Assembly: GCA_000996355.1 (NCBI GenBank) | Contig: LCAH01000001.1 | Location: 85,958 to 149,957 of the forward strand | Origin: Candidatus Uhrbacteria bacterium GW2011_GWC2_41_11 | GTDB lineage: Bacteria > Patescibacteriota > Patescibacteriia > UBA9934 > GWF2-40-263 | Direction: 5' to 3' | DNA length: 64,000 bases | Shown: positions 1-9,318 of the stretch, piece by piece | How the letters are laid out: each line of letters begins with the position of its first letter | Position numbering within the stretch: position 1 is the stretch's first letter | The notes under the pieces: generated by a model | What the model was told of the DNA's origin: nothing | The model's database searches: none | Seen by the model: only the letters and a program-made list of their open reading frames with translations | Made by a program: the position numbers and the translations under genes

Positions 1-1
1 A

Positions 2-184
2 CTGTATAAATTTTTTCCAGATAAAATTTTTCGATCCGTTATTCCAAGAAGTATCCGTTTGGCTGAAGCGCCTTCGTTCGGTAAAACAATTTTAGGATAC
101 GATCCGTCTTCAAAAGCAGCGAAGGCTTATGAGCGTCTCGCACGCGAATTACTTTTTCGTGAACAAAATCGTCTTTCTTTTTAA
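2..184 (+). CDS. parA: ParA/Soj partitioning ATPase, C-terminal fragment (5' end lies outside the window)
   Basis: Frame 2 reads ...RSVIPRSIRLAEAPSFGKTILGYDPSSKAAKAYERLARELLF, the conserved ParA/Soj C-terminus. Its TAA stop at 182-184 sits 2 nt before the parB ATG. Confidence 0.75.
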   Translation: MYKFFPDKIFRSVIPRSIRLAEAPSFGKTILGYDPSSKAAKAYERLARELLFREQNRLSF

Positions 185-186
185 AT

Positions 187-1050
187 ATGAAACCTGTTCT
201 TGGACGCGGACTCGGATCTCTTATTCCGCAAAAAAAAATCCTCTCTTCTCCTCCATCTCCATCGCTTAATTTGCCGGTTGGAACAATGGTTATTGACATT
301 CCTATAGAAACAATTGTTCCTAATTCACATCAGCCTCGTACCTATTTTGCCCCTGAAGAATTGAATGATCTTGTTGAATCTGTTAAAGCACATGGTATTT
401 TACTTCCGCTGGTTGTGACACGAAAAGATGATGGATATGAATTGATTGCTGGTGAACGTCGTTTGCGTGCGGCAAAACTTGCAGGTTTTTCCACTGTGCC
501 TGCATTGGTTCGAGATGCAAATGAACAACAAAAATTAGAACTGGCCTTAATTGAAAATATCCAACGTCAAGATCTCAACGTTTTGGAAGAAGCAACCGCT
601 TTTCGAACGTTCATAAATGAGTTTGATTTGACGCAGGAAGAAGTTGCGAAACGAGTAGGGAAGAGTCGATCTGTGGTGGCGAACACATTGCGTTTGCTTG
701 AACTTCCTGAGTTTATGCAACAAGCACTTCGAGAAGGAAAGATCAGTAAAAGCCATGCACGCACCCTTTTATCTGAATCAGATCCAGAAAAACAACGTGC
801 TTTGTTTGAAGCGATGATACGCGGAGAAGTGACCGTTCGTGCGGCAGAACATTCGGTGTCTGCTCATCAGCGTTCGGCTCCCGGTACAAGACGTGGAGAC
901 CCGAATCTTATTGATTATGAACGTCAGTTGCAGGAACAATTTGGAACAAAAGTTGAAATTCGCGAGCAGAAAGGAAAAGGAAACATTACATTTCATTTTT
1001 ATTCGAAAGATGATTTGAGAGAACTCTTGCGACGATTCGCAAATTTATAA
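187..1050 (+). CDS. parB: ParB/Spo0J chromosome partitioning protein
   Basis: ParB box GERRLRAAKLAGFSTVPALVRD, IENIQRQDLN and an HTH region; immediately follows the parA fragment. Confidence 0.93.
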   Translation: MKPVLGRGLGSLIPQKKILSSPPSPSLNLPVGTMVIDIPIETIVPNSHQPRTYFAPEELNDLVESVKAHGILLPLVVTRKDDGYELIAGERRLRAAKLAGFSTVPALVRDANEQQKLELALIENIQRQDLNVLEEATAFRTFINEFDLTQEEVAKRVGKSRSVVANTLRLLELPEFMQQALREGKISKSHARTLLSESDPEKQRALFEAMIRGEVTVRAAEHSVSAHQRSAPGTRRGDPNLIDYERQLQEQFGTKVEIREQKGKGNITFHFYSKDDLRELLRRFANL

Positions 1051-1053
1051 AAA

Positions 1054-1083
1054 ATCTCCCTCTGAAAACAGGGGGATTTTTTT
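1054..1083. terminator. Hairpin plus T-run between convergent parB and rel; probable bidirectional terminator
   Basis: atctccctctg-aaaa-cagggggat followed by 7 T. It lies between the parB stop (1050) and the rel stop (1082). Confidence 0.5.
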
Positions 1084-2575
1084 AGAGTTTTGTTTTTGAT
1101 TTTGGCAGGACGTTTCGAAGCCAAGCACCCATCACATGTTTTTGTTTATCTTTGATTTTTGAGCGCGCGTGTTGGGTCTTGACGAATTTTAACCAATCAG
1201 GATTTGGACCTTTACGATTTTTGTCTGTGATGATGTCTACAATATCTCCGGATTTGAGAGCAGAATCCAAGTTTACAAGTTGATTGTTTACACGGGCTGC
1301 TGTGCACTTGTTTCCAATTTCGGTGTGAATGGCAAAAGCAAAATCAATCGGAGTAGCGCCTTCCGGAAGATCAATCACGTCTCCTTGAGGAGTAAAAACA
1401 AAGATGCGATCTTTAAATGCATCTATTTTTAGCACCTCAAGTTGTTCAAGAAAATCGGATTTGCTTGCGAGTTCTTTTTGAATAACAACAAGTTCTTCCA
1501 TCCAGTGAAGATTTTTTTGTGGAGTTACTCCTGTTTCTTTATATCGCCAGTGCGCGGAAATACCATATTCCGCTAACTCATGCATTTCACGTGTGCGAAT
1601 TTGAAATTCAGCCACGTCACCATTTTCACAAAAGACACTTGTGTGCAACGATTGATATCCGTTTGGTTTTGGTTGCGCAATGTAATCTTTAATGCGGCGG
1701 GGAACTGGAACCCAATGTTGGTGAATGAATCCAAGAACTGCGTAACATTCTGCGACATCTTCTACCACAATACGGATGGCAATGAGGTCATACACTTTAC
1801 TAATGTCGTTTTGGTAGCGCTGCATTTTTTGATACAGACTATATAAACGTTTGACTCGACCGTGAATCTCTACATGAGCAAGTTTTGCATCTCGTAAAAT
1901 TTGTTCTGCCTTTTCAATAAGTTTTGTGACAGACGCGCCTTTTTCTCGAACTTTTGTTTCCATGATTTGTCGCATCCAATCAAATTCTTTTGGAAAAAGA
2001 TATTGAAATGCAAGGTCTTCAAGATCTCCTTTCATTTCGGACATGCCAAGACGATTGGCAATCGGTGCGTAAATTTCTAAAGCTTCACGAGCTGTACGTT
2101 CTTGTTTGTGAACAGGCATGGCATAGAGTGTTTGCAGATTGTGCAGACGGTCAGCAAATTTGATAAAAATAACACGCACGTCACTTGCCATTGCTAAAAA
2201 CATCTTGCGCATATTTTCAACATAACGATCCACTCCTCGATATACCACTTTTTTCAATTTGGTGACACTTTCAACAAGTGACGCAATATCATCTCCAAAA
2301 TTTTTGCGAATGTCCTCAATGTCAACCTCACTGTCTTCCGCAACATCATGCAAAAGACCTGCAGCAACGACGTTGAGGTTCAAGCCCATTTCTGCCAGTT
2401 TATATGCGACAGCCAGAGGATGAAGAATATAATCATGACCTGTCAAGCGTTTTTCTCCTTGGTGCGCTTCATTGGCTAAATGATAAGCTCGCCGGATGAG
2501 ATCAACATCCGGATTCATATAGTTTTTTTCGACTATTGAAAGCAGATCTTCAATTGTGCGGGAATTTTCTGGCAT
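1082..2575 (-). CDS. rel: Short (497 aa) bifunctional (p)ppGpp synthetase/hydrolase Rel; carries HD, synthetase and TGS domains but no C-terminal ACT/RRM region
   Basis: HD motif LHPLAVAYKLAEMGLNLNVVAAGLLHDVAED; RelA/SpoT synthetase region (GRVKRLYSLYQKMQRY, IRIVVED); TGS domain (FVFTPQGDVIDLPEGATPIDFAFAIHTEIG). The ORF ends shortly after the TGS domain. Confidence 0.9.
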   Translation of the reverse strand: MPENSRTIEDLLSIVEKNYMNPDVDLIRRAYHLANEAHQGEKRLTGHDYILHPLAVAYKLAEMGLNLNVVAAGLLHDVAEDSEVDIEDIRKNFGDDIASLVESVTKLKKVVYRGVDRYVENMRKMFLAMASDVRVIFIKFADRLHNLQTLYAMPVHKQERTAREALEIYAPIANRLGMSEMKGDLEDLAFQYLFPKEFDWMRQIMETKVREKGASVTKLIEKAEQILRDAKLAHVEIHGRVKRLYSLYQKMQRYQNDISKVYDLIAIRIVVEDVAECYAVLGFIHQHWVPVPRRIKDYIAQPKPNGYQSLHTSVFCENGDVAEFQIRTREMHELAEYGISAHWRYKETGVTPQKNLHWMEELVVIQKELASKSDFLEQLEVLKIDAFKDRIFVFTPQGDVIDLPEGATPIDFAFAIHTEIGNKCTAARVNNQLVNLDSALKSGDIVDIITDKNRKGPNPDWLKFVKTQHARSKIKDKQKHVMGAWLRNVLPKSKTKL

Positions 2576-2656
2576 AGGTGCATGATTTAGAGTAGAAGGG
2601 TTTCTCTTATCTGTAAAGATTTTTTCTTTCTTTTTCTTTTTTTGAAAAAGATTTTA

Positions 2657-2685
2657 TTGACGGAACAGAAAATTTCAGCTAAAAT
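2657..2685 (+). promoter_or_regulatory. Sigma70-like promoter for the hypothetical gene at 2712
   Basis: TTGACG, 17-nt spacer, TAAAAT. Sits in the divergent intergenic region between rel and the + strand ORF. Confidence 0.4.
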
Positions 2686-2711
2686 ATAAGTAATTTATTG
2701 AATTTTTGTGT

Positions 2712-3941
2712 ATGTCAAATCCAGAACGAGGAGGATCTCCGTCTGAAGGAGAGCGTAAATTTTTGCGTGAATCATCTGAACGTGAACGTGTTTCCAATCG
2801 AGGAGAGGTGGGAGAAAAACGAAAAGAAGGAATTGGACATGAGCAATTGATTCAGGCAGAAATTGCTCGTGCACATCGCCTTGCATCAACAAGATCAGTC
2901 AGAGAGACTGGAGATATTGTTGTTCATCCAGAAAATGGGCGTGAACAAGGGGCTCGTGCAGATGTCCTTGTTCGTGATACAACAGGTAATTTTGTTTCTC
3001 TCCAAGAGATTGTTCCAGAGGCTCAAGGAATTCAAGTTGTTTATGGACGTGAAATTGCGGTTGATCCTGATTCAAATGAGGTCACTGTTCCTGTTGATTT
3101 TCATTCATCTGATTTGCCGTATGTCATTCGTGAATTGCTTCGTGCTGGTCATCGGACAAAAGCACGAACCGGAAAAGGAGAATCTGAATTTGCCTCTGCT
3201 CTTGAGAAAGAGTGTAAAACACGAAAAGCATTAGAGGATGGTCTTGAAGAGATAATGAAAAACGTGCGAGGAATAGATATTCCAGAGTTAGAAGCACGAT
3301 ATCGTTTATTGGAAACAGAGCATGCAAAAGCAATGGGTGTTGCAGAAAAAGCTCTTGATAAATTGATGGGTGTGGGGGCGAGTGCCTACCAAGAGATGAC
3401 GAATCGTGATGTATATGAGACAGCCGGCGGAGTTGATACTTTTCGAAAAGAGCTTCGACAGCAGCTTTTAGAAAAACAATCATCTTTAGTTTTTCCGTAT
3501 GATGAAAAAGGAAACCGATTCCTTTTAGGAACACCAGCAGAAGGAGCCGAACATCTGTGGGAAATGTCGACAGCGCAGAGTCTTGGTCATATTTGGCGTG
3601 ATTCGGAAACAGCAAAACGATATCGTTTTCGGAAACGTTTAAAAATTTCTTCTGATCCAGTTAATGTTTTGAGAACATTCGGGAAAGTTGCTGTTTGGGA
3701 TACATTAAAAATAAGTTTTCGTTCTGCCGGATTCTTAGCTTTGCGTTTGATTGATGTTGTTCCTGCAAAAGCGATGCGTTGGGCAGACCATAAAGTAGAT
3801 GGGTGGCTTTACGACCAGCAGAAATATTTTGGGGAAATGATTTGGGGAAAGGGATATAAGCCAAAATGGAAAAAAGTAGAAGAACAAGATAAAGAGAATG
3901 AGGAATGGATAGAAAAGAAAACAAAGGATAATTTGAAATAA
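2712..3941 (+). CDS. Hypothetical protein (~410 aa), no recognisable domain
   Basis: Long ORF with no competing ORF. ATG at 2712; the track's TTG at 2706 is an alternative start. Own promoter upstream and a terminator downstream. Lys/Glu-rich C-terminus. Confidence 0.6.
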   Translation: MSNPERGGSPSEGERKFLRESSERERVSNRGEVGEKRKEGIGHEQLIQAEIARAHRLASTRSVRETGDIVVHPENGREQGARADVLVRDTTGNFVSLQEIVPEAQGIQVVYGREIAVDPDSNEVTVPVDFHSSDLPYVIRELLRAGHRTKARTGKGESEFASALEKECKTRKALEDGLEEIMKNVRGIDIPELEARYRLLETEHAKAMGVAEKALDKLMGVGASAYQEMTNRDVYETAGGVDTFRKELRQQLLEKQSSLVFPYDEKGNRFLLGTPAEGAEHLWEMSTAQSLGHIWRDSETAKRYRFRKRLKISSDPVNVLRTFGKVAVWDTLKISFRSAGFLALRLIDVVPAKAMRWADHKVDGWLYDQQKYFGEMIWGKGYKPKWKKVEEQDKENEEWIEKKTKDNLK

Positions 3942-3944
3942 AAC

Positions 3945-3968
3945 AAAAACCGCCGAAAGGCGGTTTTT
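3945..3968. terminator. Rho-independent terminator shared by convergent genes
   Basis: aaaaaccgcc-gaaa-ggcggttttt, a perfect GC stem with A-run and T-run on either side. Lies between the 2712 ORF stop (3941) and the topA stop (3980). Confidence 0.7.
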
Positions 3969-3979
3969 GTGAAGAAAGA

Positions 3980-6205
3980 TTATTCTTCGTTTGTGGTTTT
4001 TTCAAAGTCACATTCTTTTGAAGAACATCGGACAGATCCTTTTGCCGCAAAAACAATGAGGCTGTTGCATTTGGGACATGTTTCACCTGTTGGTTTTTGC
4101 CAAAGGGCAAATGAACAAGCAGGATATTGATTACATCCGTAAAAGGTGCGTTTTTGACGCGTGCGTTTTTCAACAAGTTCACCTTTTTTGCATACGGGGC
4201 ATGTTATTCCAATTTTTGATTCAATATTTTTGATGGTTTTGCATTCTGGATATCGTGAGCAGGAGAGAAAAGGACCAAAACGTCCATGTTTGATCACCAT
4301 GGGTGCTTGGCAGGTTGGACAAATTTCATTTGTGGTTTCCACTTCCGGCGGAGCGCCTTCTCCTTGGTCTTTGAGTGGTTTGGTATTTTTACATGTTGGA
4401 TAGTTGCTGCATGCGAGAAATTTTCCAAACCGTCCGTGCTTAATGACCATGGGTGAGTTACATTTGTCGCAACTGATATCTGTTTTTACATCATCGGGTC
4501 TGGATCGAGCAACGGTTTTTTCTTTTTCCTCAAGAGTTTGATGGAAGGGTTCGTAGAATGCTCGAATGACCGGAACCCACGGGGTTTCTCCATCTGCAAC
4601 CGCATCAAGTTTCTGTTCCATGTTTGCGGTAAATGCGTAGTCGACGATGTTCGGAAAATGTTCAACAAGAAGATCGTTGACGGTTTTTGCAATGCCTCCT
4701 GGAAAAAGTTTTTTCTGCTCATCTCGTTCCACATATCCGCGATCAATAATCGTTGCAATAGTTGGCGCATAGGTGGATGGGCGTCCAATCCCGTATTCTT
4801 CCAAGGTTTTTACAAGGGTTGCATCTGAATAGCGTGGAGGCGGTTCCGTGACATGTTCTTTGGAATCCAGTTGAACGAGGGTGAGAATATCTTCGACGAT
4901 AAGATCCGGAAGCAATGTTTCTTTTTGTTTTTCCGCGTACACTTTTAAATATCCTTCAAAACGAATCATAGAACCAGCTGTTCGAAATGCATATGGAGTA
5001 TTGGTTGCAATATCAACCGTTGTGCTTTCGAATATCGCTTCTGGAAGCTGGGTTGCGACCGCACGTCGCCATACAAGATCATAAAGACGCCAGAGACGAC
5101 GATCAAGAACATTTTGTAACTGATCTGGATGACGACGAACATCTGTTGGACGAATAGCTTCATGTGCTTCCTGAGCGCCTTTGGATTTTGTTTTGTATCG
5201 GCGAGGTTCTGGAAGGGTGAATATGTCTTTAAAATTCTCACGGATAAACGTGGTTGTTTCTTGAAGAAAGAGATCAGAAAGATTTACCGAATCTGTACGC
5301 ATGTAGGTGATAAGAGCAACGGAACCTTCTCCGGGAATTTCAACTCCTTCATATAATTTTTGTGCGAGACGCATTGTGTCTTTAGCTGTGAGACCAAGTT
5401 TTGTGTTTGCGTCTTGTTGAAGAGTGGAAGTGGAAAACGGAGGGGGAGGAGAACGACGCACGGTTTTTTGAGAAATGTTGGAAATGCGATATGTTGCTCC
5501 GTTTAATGATTGAAGAATTTGATCGGCATTTTCTTTTGATTCAATAGCAAGTTTTTCAAGACGTGTTCCGTTTTTTGTGTGGAGCTTTGCTGGAAAGTTT
5601 TTTTCGTTTTTAGAAAGGAGTGCTTCTATGGTCCAATATTCTTGAGGTTTGAAGACTTCTCGTTCGCGTTCACGTTCAACAACCAAACGTACAGCCACAG
5701 ATTGAACACGGCCAGCGGATAATCCTTTTTGAATTTTTCGCCAAAGAAAAGGAGAGAGTTCGTATCCAACTAAACGATCAAGCACACGACGTGCTTGTTG
5801 AGCGTCGACGAGATGTTGGTCAAGTGGACGCGGGTTTTCTAAAGCATGTTCAATCGCTCGTTTGGTAATTTCGTGAAAGGTAATACGTTCGAGTTTTTCC
5901 GGAGGGACTTGCAAAATTTCAGCAAGATGCCAGGAAATAGCTTCTCCTTCACGGTCTTCGTCTGTTGCAAACAGAATTTTATCTGCTTTTTTTGCCGCTT
6001 CTTTGAGGGTTTTTACCTGTTTCAGTTTTTCCCTTGGAACAATATATTTTGGTTGAAATTCATGTTCGACATCTACACCTAACGCACTTTTTGGTAAATC
6101 GCGAACATGACCAAAAGAAGAAAGAACGGTATAACCTCTTCCGAGAAATTTTCCGATGGTTTTTGCTTTCGTCGGAGACTCGACGATGACAAGATGATGA
6201 GACAT
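3980..6205 (-). CDS. topA: DNA topoisomerase I
   Basis: TOPRIM N-terminus MSHHLVIVESPTKAKTIGKFLG...GHVRDLP; catalytic core; three C-terminal C4 zinc-ribbon motifs (CDKCNSPM...C..C, CPTCQ...C..C, CPVCKKG...C). Confidence 0.95.
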   Translation of the reverse strand: MSHHLVIVESPTKAKTIGKFLGRGYTVLSSFGHVRDLPKSALGVDVEHEFQPKYIVPREKLKQVKTLKEAAKKADKILFATDEDREGEAISWHLAEILQVPPEKLERITFHEITKRAIEHALENPRPLDQHLVDAQQARRVLDRLVGYELSPFLWRKIQKGLSAGRVQSVAVRLVVEREREREVFKPQEYWTIEALLSKNEKNFPAKLHTKNGTRLEKLAIESKENADQILQSLNGATYRISNISQKTVRRSPPPPFSTSTLQQDANTKLGLTAKDTMRLAQKLYEGVEIPGEGSVALITYMRTDSVNLSDLFLQETTTFIRENFKDIFTLPEPRRYKTKSKGAQEAHEAIRPTDVRRHPDQLQNVLDRRLWRLYDLVWRRAVATQLPEAIFESTTVDIATNTPYAFRTAGSMIRFEGYLKVYAEKQKETLLPDLIVEDILTLVQLDSKEHVTEPPPRYSDATLVKTLEEYGIGRPSTYAPTIATIIDRGYVERDEQKKLFPGGIAKTVNDLLVEHFPNIVDYAFTANMEQKLDAVADGETPWVPVIRAFYEPFHQTLEEKEKTVARSRPDDVKTDISCDKCNSPMVIKHGRFGKFLACSNYPTCKNTKPLKDQGEGAPPEVETTNEICPTCQAPMVIKHGRFGPFLSCSRYPECKTIKNIESKIGITCPVCKKGELVEKRTRQKRTFYGCNQYPACSFALWQKPTGETCPKCNSLIVFAAKGSVRCSSKECDFEKTTNEE

Positions 6206-6229
6206 GTAAGGTGATAATGAGGGAACAAA

Positions 6230-6262
6230 GAGAAAACGTCAAGAATAGAACTTCCGCGTTTG
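6230..6262 (-). promoter_or_regulatory. Candidate promoter for topA with a very short or no leader
   Basis: The minus strand reads TTGACG-17 nt-CATTAT, ending about 12 nt before the topA ATG. There is no obvious SD. Confidence 0.25.
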
Positions 6263-6296
6263 GCCTATTTCGTTGTCACAAGCTCCGTTCCTCGTT

Positions 6297-7400
6297 TTAT
6301 TTTACATAGAACATTCCGCCGACGTGAGTTGTTAATCCTTTTAATTCAAGCATGGAAACAGCTGCAGTGATCACGGATGTTGGTTCTCTGATTTGACGCG
6401 CAAGTTCATCAATGTGAATGGGTTGACTTGAAAGCAATGTGTAGATTTTTTCTTCCAATGGATCTGTCCATTGAATATCAACCGGAGGAACAGGCGTAGA
6501 AGAAATATCTTTTGGTGTTGCTCCAAGAACAGAAAGGATATCTTCTGGACAAGTGACAACATGGGCTCCTGTTTTAATAAGCTCGTTTGTCCCTGTAGAT
6601 AACGGATTATAAATGGATCCTGGAACCGCAAAGACGTCGCGGCCAATATCCAAAGCTGCTTTTGCCGTAATAAGAGATCCGGATGTGATGGCCGCCTCAA
6701 TAACAACAGTGCCTTGACAAAGACCAGCAATAATACGATTGCGTAAAGGGAAATGATGACTGAGTCCGGGAGTTCCAATGGGAAATTCAGAAAGAAGGGC
6801 TCCACCCGTTTCGAGAATTTTTTCTGCGAGTGCGCGATGTCCGGCTGGATAGATGCTGTTGGCATCCAATCCAGATCCAAGAACTGCAAGAGTCATCCCA
6901 CGGACATTGGAAACAGCCTGATGGGCAAGAGCATCAATGCCGTATGCCATGCCACTCACAATTACTGTTCCGTGTATCGCAAGATATTCTGCGAGTGTTT
7001 GAACCACACGGCGACCATATTCGGTCGGATGACGTGAGCCGACAAGTGCCACGCACAATGCATCTTTTGGAGGAAGCGTTCCGCGCAAAAAAAGAAGCGC
7101 AGGAGGATCGTAGAGATGGGTGAGATTTTGTGGATAAAAAGGATCTCCAAATACAACAACCGTCACGTTGTGGCGTTCAAGTTGCTCTTTTTCTTCTTCA
7201 GGATTGAATTGGTTTCGTTTAGAAAGAAACTCATCTGTGATTCGTTCATCGATTCCGGCCAACAGAAATTCTGTTCGATGAGCAGAGAATGCAGTCTCAA
7301 ATGAAGGAAATATTTTTCGAAGCATGCTGATTCGACGTGCTCCAAATTTTGGAAATCGGGCAAGGGCAAGAAGAAATCCCAGATCTCTGCCATCGATCAT
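6297..7400 (-). CDS. dprA: DNA processing protein DprA (Smf)
   Basis: Rossmann-like DprA core GSRHPTEYGRRVVQTLAEYLAIHGTVIVSGMAYGIDALAHQAV...GGALLSEFPIGT; N-terminal SAM-like and C-terminal winged-helix regions. Confidence 0.9.
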   Translation of the reverse strand: MIDGRDLGFLLALARFPKFGARRISMLRKIFPSFETAFSAHRTEFLLAGIDERITDEFLSKRNQFNPEEEKEQLERHNVTVVVFGDPFYPQNLTHLYDPPALLFLRGTLPPKDALCVALVGSRHPTEYGRRVVQTLAEYLAIHGTVIVSGMAYGIDALAHQAVSNVRGMTLAVLGSGLDANSIYPAGHRALAEKILETGGALLSEFPIGTPGLSHHFPLRNRIIAGLCQGTVVIEAAITSGSLITAKAALDIGRDVFAVPGSIYNPLSTGTNELIKTGAHVVTCPEDILSVLGATPKDISSTPVPPVDIQWTDPLEEKIYTLLSSQPIHIDELARQIREPTSVITAAVSMLELKGLTTHVGGMFYVK

Positions 7401-7407
7401 AAAAACA

Positions 7408-7941
7408 TCAGGATATTAAAAGTTCCTCGAGTCGTAAACAGGTCTGTTTCAAAATATCTGGTAACTGGTTTTGTTCTTCTGTATTCCATGTTCCCAGAAC
7501 CCATGCATCCAGAGGAATAGCTGATCGTTCTGGACGTCCAATACCTATGCGAAGTCGTTTGATCTCGTTTGTCTTTAACTGTTCTATAATAGACTTCATT
7601 CCATTATGGCCTCCGGAAGAACCGGATGAACGAAAACGAAGCAATCCAAATGGAAGATCTGCATCATCATAGACAACAAGAATATCTTTTGGATCAATAT
7701 GCCAGAATCCAGACGTTGCTGTCACAGCTTCTCCAGAACCATTCATGAATGTAGTCGGAAGAAGGACAATAATTTTTTCTTCTTGGATTCGACATTCAGC
7801 AACGTTTGCGGAAAAGGTTCGTTTTTCTTTGAAGATCCCTTCATGATTTTTTGCGAACTGTTCCGCAGCCAAAAATCCAATATTGTGACGTGTTTTTGCA
7901 TACGCTGAACCTGGATTTCCTAAACCAACAAGGAGTTTCAT
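7408..7941 (-). CDS. pth: Peptidyl-tRNA hydrolase
   Basis: MKLLVGLGNPGSAYAKTRHNIGF N-terminus; the catalytic His/Asp context is conserved. Confidence 0.93.
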   Translation of the reverse strand: MKLLVGLGNPGSAYAKTRHNIGFLAAEQFAKNHEGIFKEKRTFSANVAECRIQEEKIIVLLPTTFMNGSGEAVTATSGFWHIDPKDILVVYDDADLPFGLLRFRSSGSSGGHNGMKSIIEQLKTNEIKRLRIGIGRPERSAIPLDAWVLGTWNTEEQNQLPDILKQTCLRLEELLIS

Positions 7942-7949
7942 AAAGAGAA

Positions 7950-9314
7950 CTAGACCGCACGAACGGTTGGAAGGCGGGCAGATACTTTAATAGGTGTTCC
8001 GGAAAGAGGAAATGATTCATGTAAACGATTTTCCAAATAACGAAGATAGCTTGGGTGAATCACATCTGTTCGTTTTGCACGAATGGTGACCGCAAAGGTG
8101 GGTGGGGCCACACCAACCTGTTTGATTCCAAGAACTTTTGGCGGTTTTGGTCCTTTGCCTTTCATAGGAAGGCGTGCGCGAGTTGCTTTGATAAAAAAGG
8201 CTTCAAGTTCTTCAAGAGGAATTTCGGTAAAACGTGCTGTTTGAACTTCATCAATCAAATGAAAAAGTTCATCCACACGTTGGCCGGTTTTTGCAGAGGT
8301 AAAAAGGACAGGTGCCCAGGTAAGAAACGGGAGTGCATTTTTGATCGCCTCAGAAAATTTTCCAATTGTGGTTGGAGTTTTGTCTGGAATAAGATCCCAT
8401 TTGTTTGCAACGACAATGACACCAATTCCTGTTTCTTGAAGGAGACCGGCAAGAATACGGTCTTGAACTCCGAATGGCTCTGATGCATCTAATACGAGCA
8501 AAGCAATATCTGCACGTTTGATGGTTTCGACAGTTCGTTCAACACCTATTGCTTCCAATCCACCTGTTTTTCTGACTTTGCCGCGTTTTCGCATTCCGGC
8601 TGTATCAATAAAGAGATAATTTTTTTCTCCTACTTCAACAAGGGTATCAACAGGTTCTCGTGTCGTGTGAGCAATTGGACTCACAATAAATCGTTCTTCC
8701 TTGAGTAATTGGTTTAAAACCGAAGACTTTCCAACATTTGGTTTTCCAATAACAGCAACACGTACCGGAGAAATCTGACTTAATTCTGCGGGAGGAATTC
8801 CATGTTTTTCCAATGATTCATACACACGATCCAACATATCGCCAAGACCGGTGCCGCGTAAGGCAGAAATAGGAATAGGTGTAGGAAGACCTCCTAAACG
8901 CCATTCACCGGATTCAGCTGCAAGGATTTGAGCAGGGGATTCAGCTTTATTTCCAACTGTGATCACTGGTTTTTTTGAGCGGCGTAAACGTTCGGCAATT
9001 TTTCGTTCTTGTGGAAGGGGAACGCCTTTGAGATCAAGAACAAATAAAATAAGATCCGCTTGTTCGATCGCGCGTTCCGTTTGTTTCATGGCATCTTGTT
9101 CAAGATCTTCCGCGTGAGGAACATCAAGACCGGCTGTATCAACGATACGAATGATTCGTCCACGCCAAAGACAATCCGCCTCATGCCGATCACGTGTGGT
9201 TCCTGGAACACGGGAAACTAATGCTTTATTTTCTTCAGCCAGACGGTTAAATAGGGTAGATTTACCAACGTTCGTTCGGCCGATAATGGCGATGGTTGGA
9301 AGATGAGGGCGCAT
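7950..9314 (-). CDS. der: Ribosome-associated GTPase Der/EngA (two GTPase domains plus a KH-like domain)
   Basis: Two P-loops (IAIIGRTNVGKSTLFNRL and VAVIGKPNVGKSSVLNQL) and DTAG motifs. Start placed at the internal ATG (MRPHLPTIAIIG) at 9314, which avoids overlap with the upstream LCP gene. The longer track ORF would start at 9407. Confidence 0.88.
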   Translation of the reverse strand: MRPHLPTIAIIGRTNVGKSTLFNRLAEENKALVSRVPGTTRDRHEADCLWRGRIIRIVDTAGLDVPHAEDLEQDAMKQTERAIEQADLILFVLDLKGVPLPQERKIAERLRRSKKPVITVGNKAESPAQILAAESGEWRLGGLPTPIPISALRGTGLGDMLDRVYESLEKHGIPPAELSQISPVRVAVIGKPNVGKSSVLNQLLKEERFIVSPIAHTTREPVDTLVEVGEKNYLFIDTAGMRKRGKVRKTGGLEAIGVERTVETIKRADIALLVLDASEPFGVQDRILAGLLQETGIGVIVVANKWDLIPDKTPTTIGKFSEAIKNALPFLTWAPVLFTSAKTGQRVDELFHLIDEVQTARFTEIPLEELEAFFIKATRARLPMKGKGPKPPKVLGIKQVGVAPPTFAVTIRAKRTDVIHPSYLRYLENRLHESFPLSGTPIKVSARLPTVRAV

Positions 9315-9318
9315 GTTA

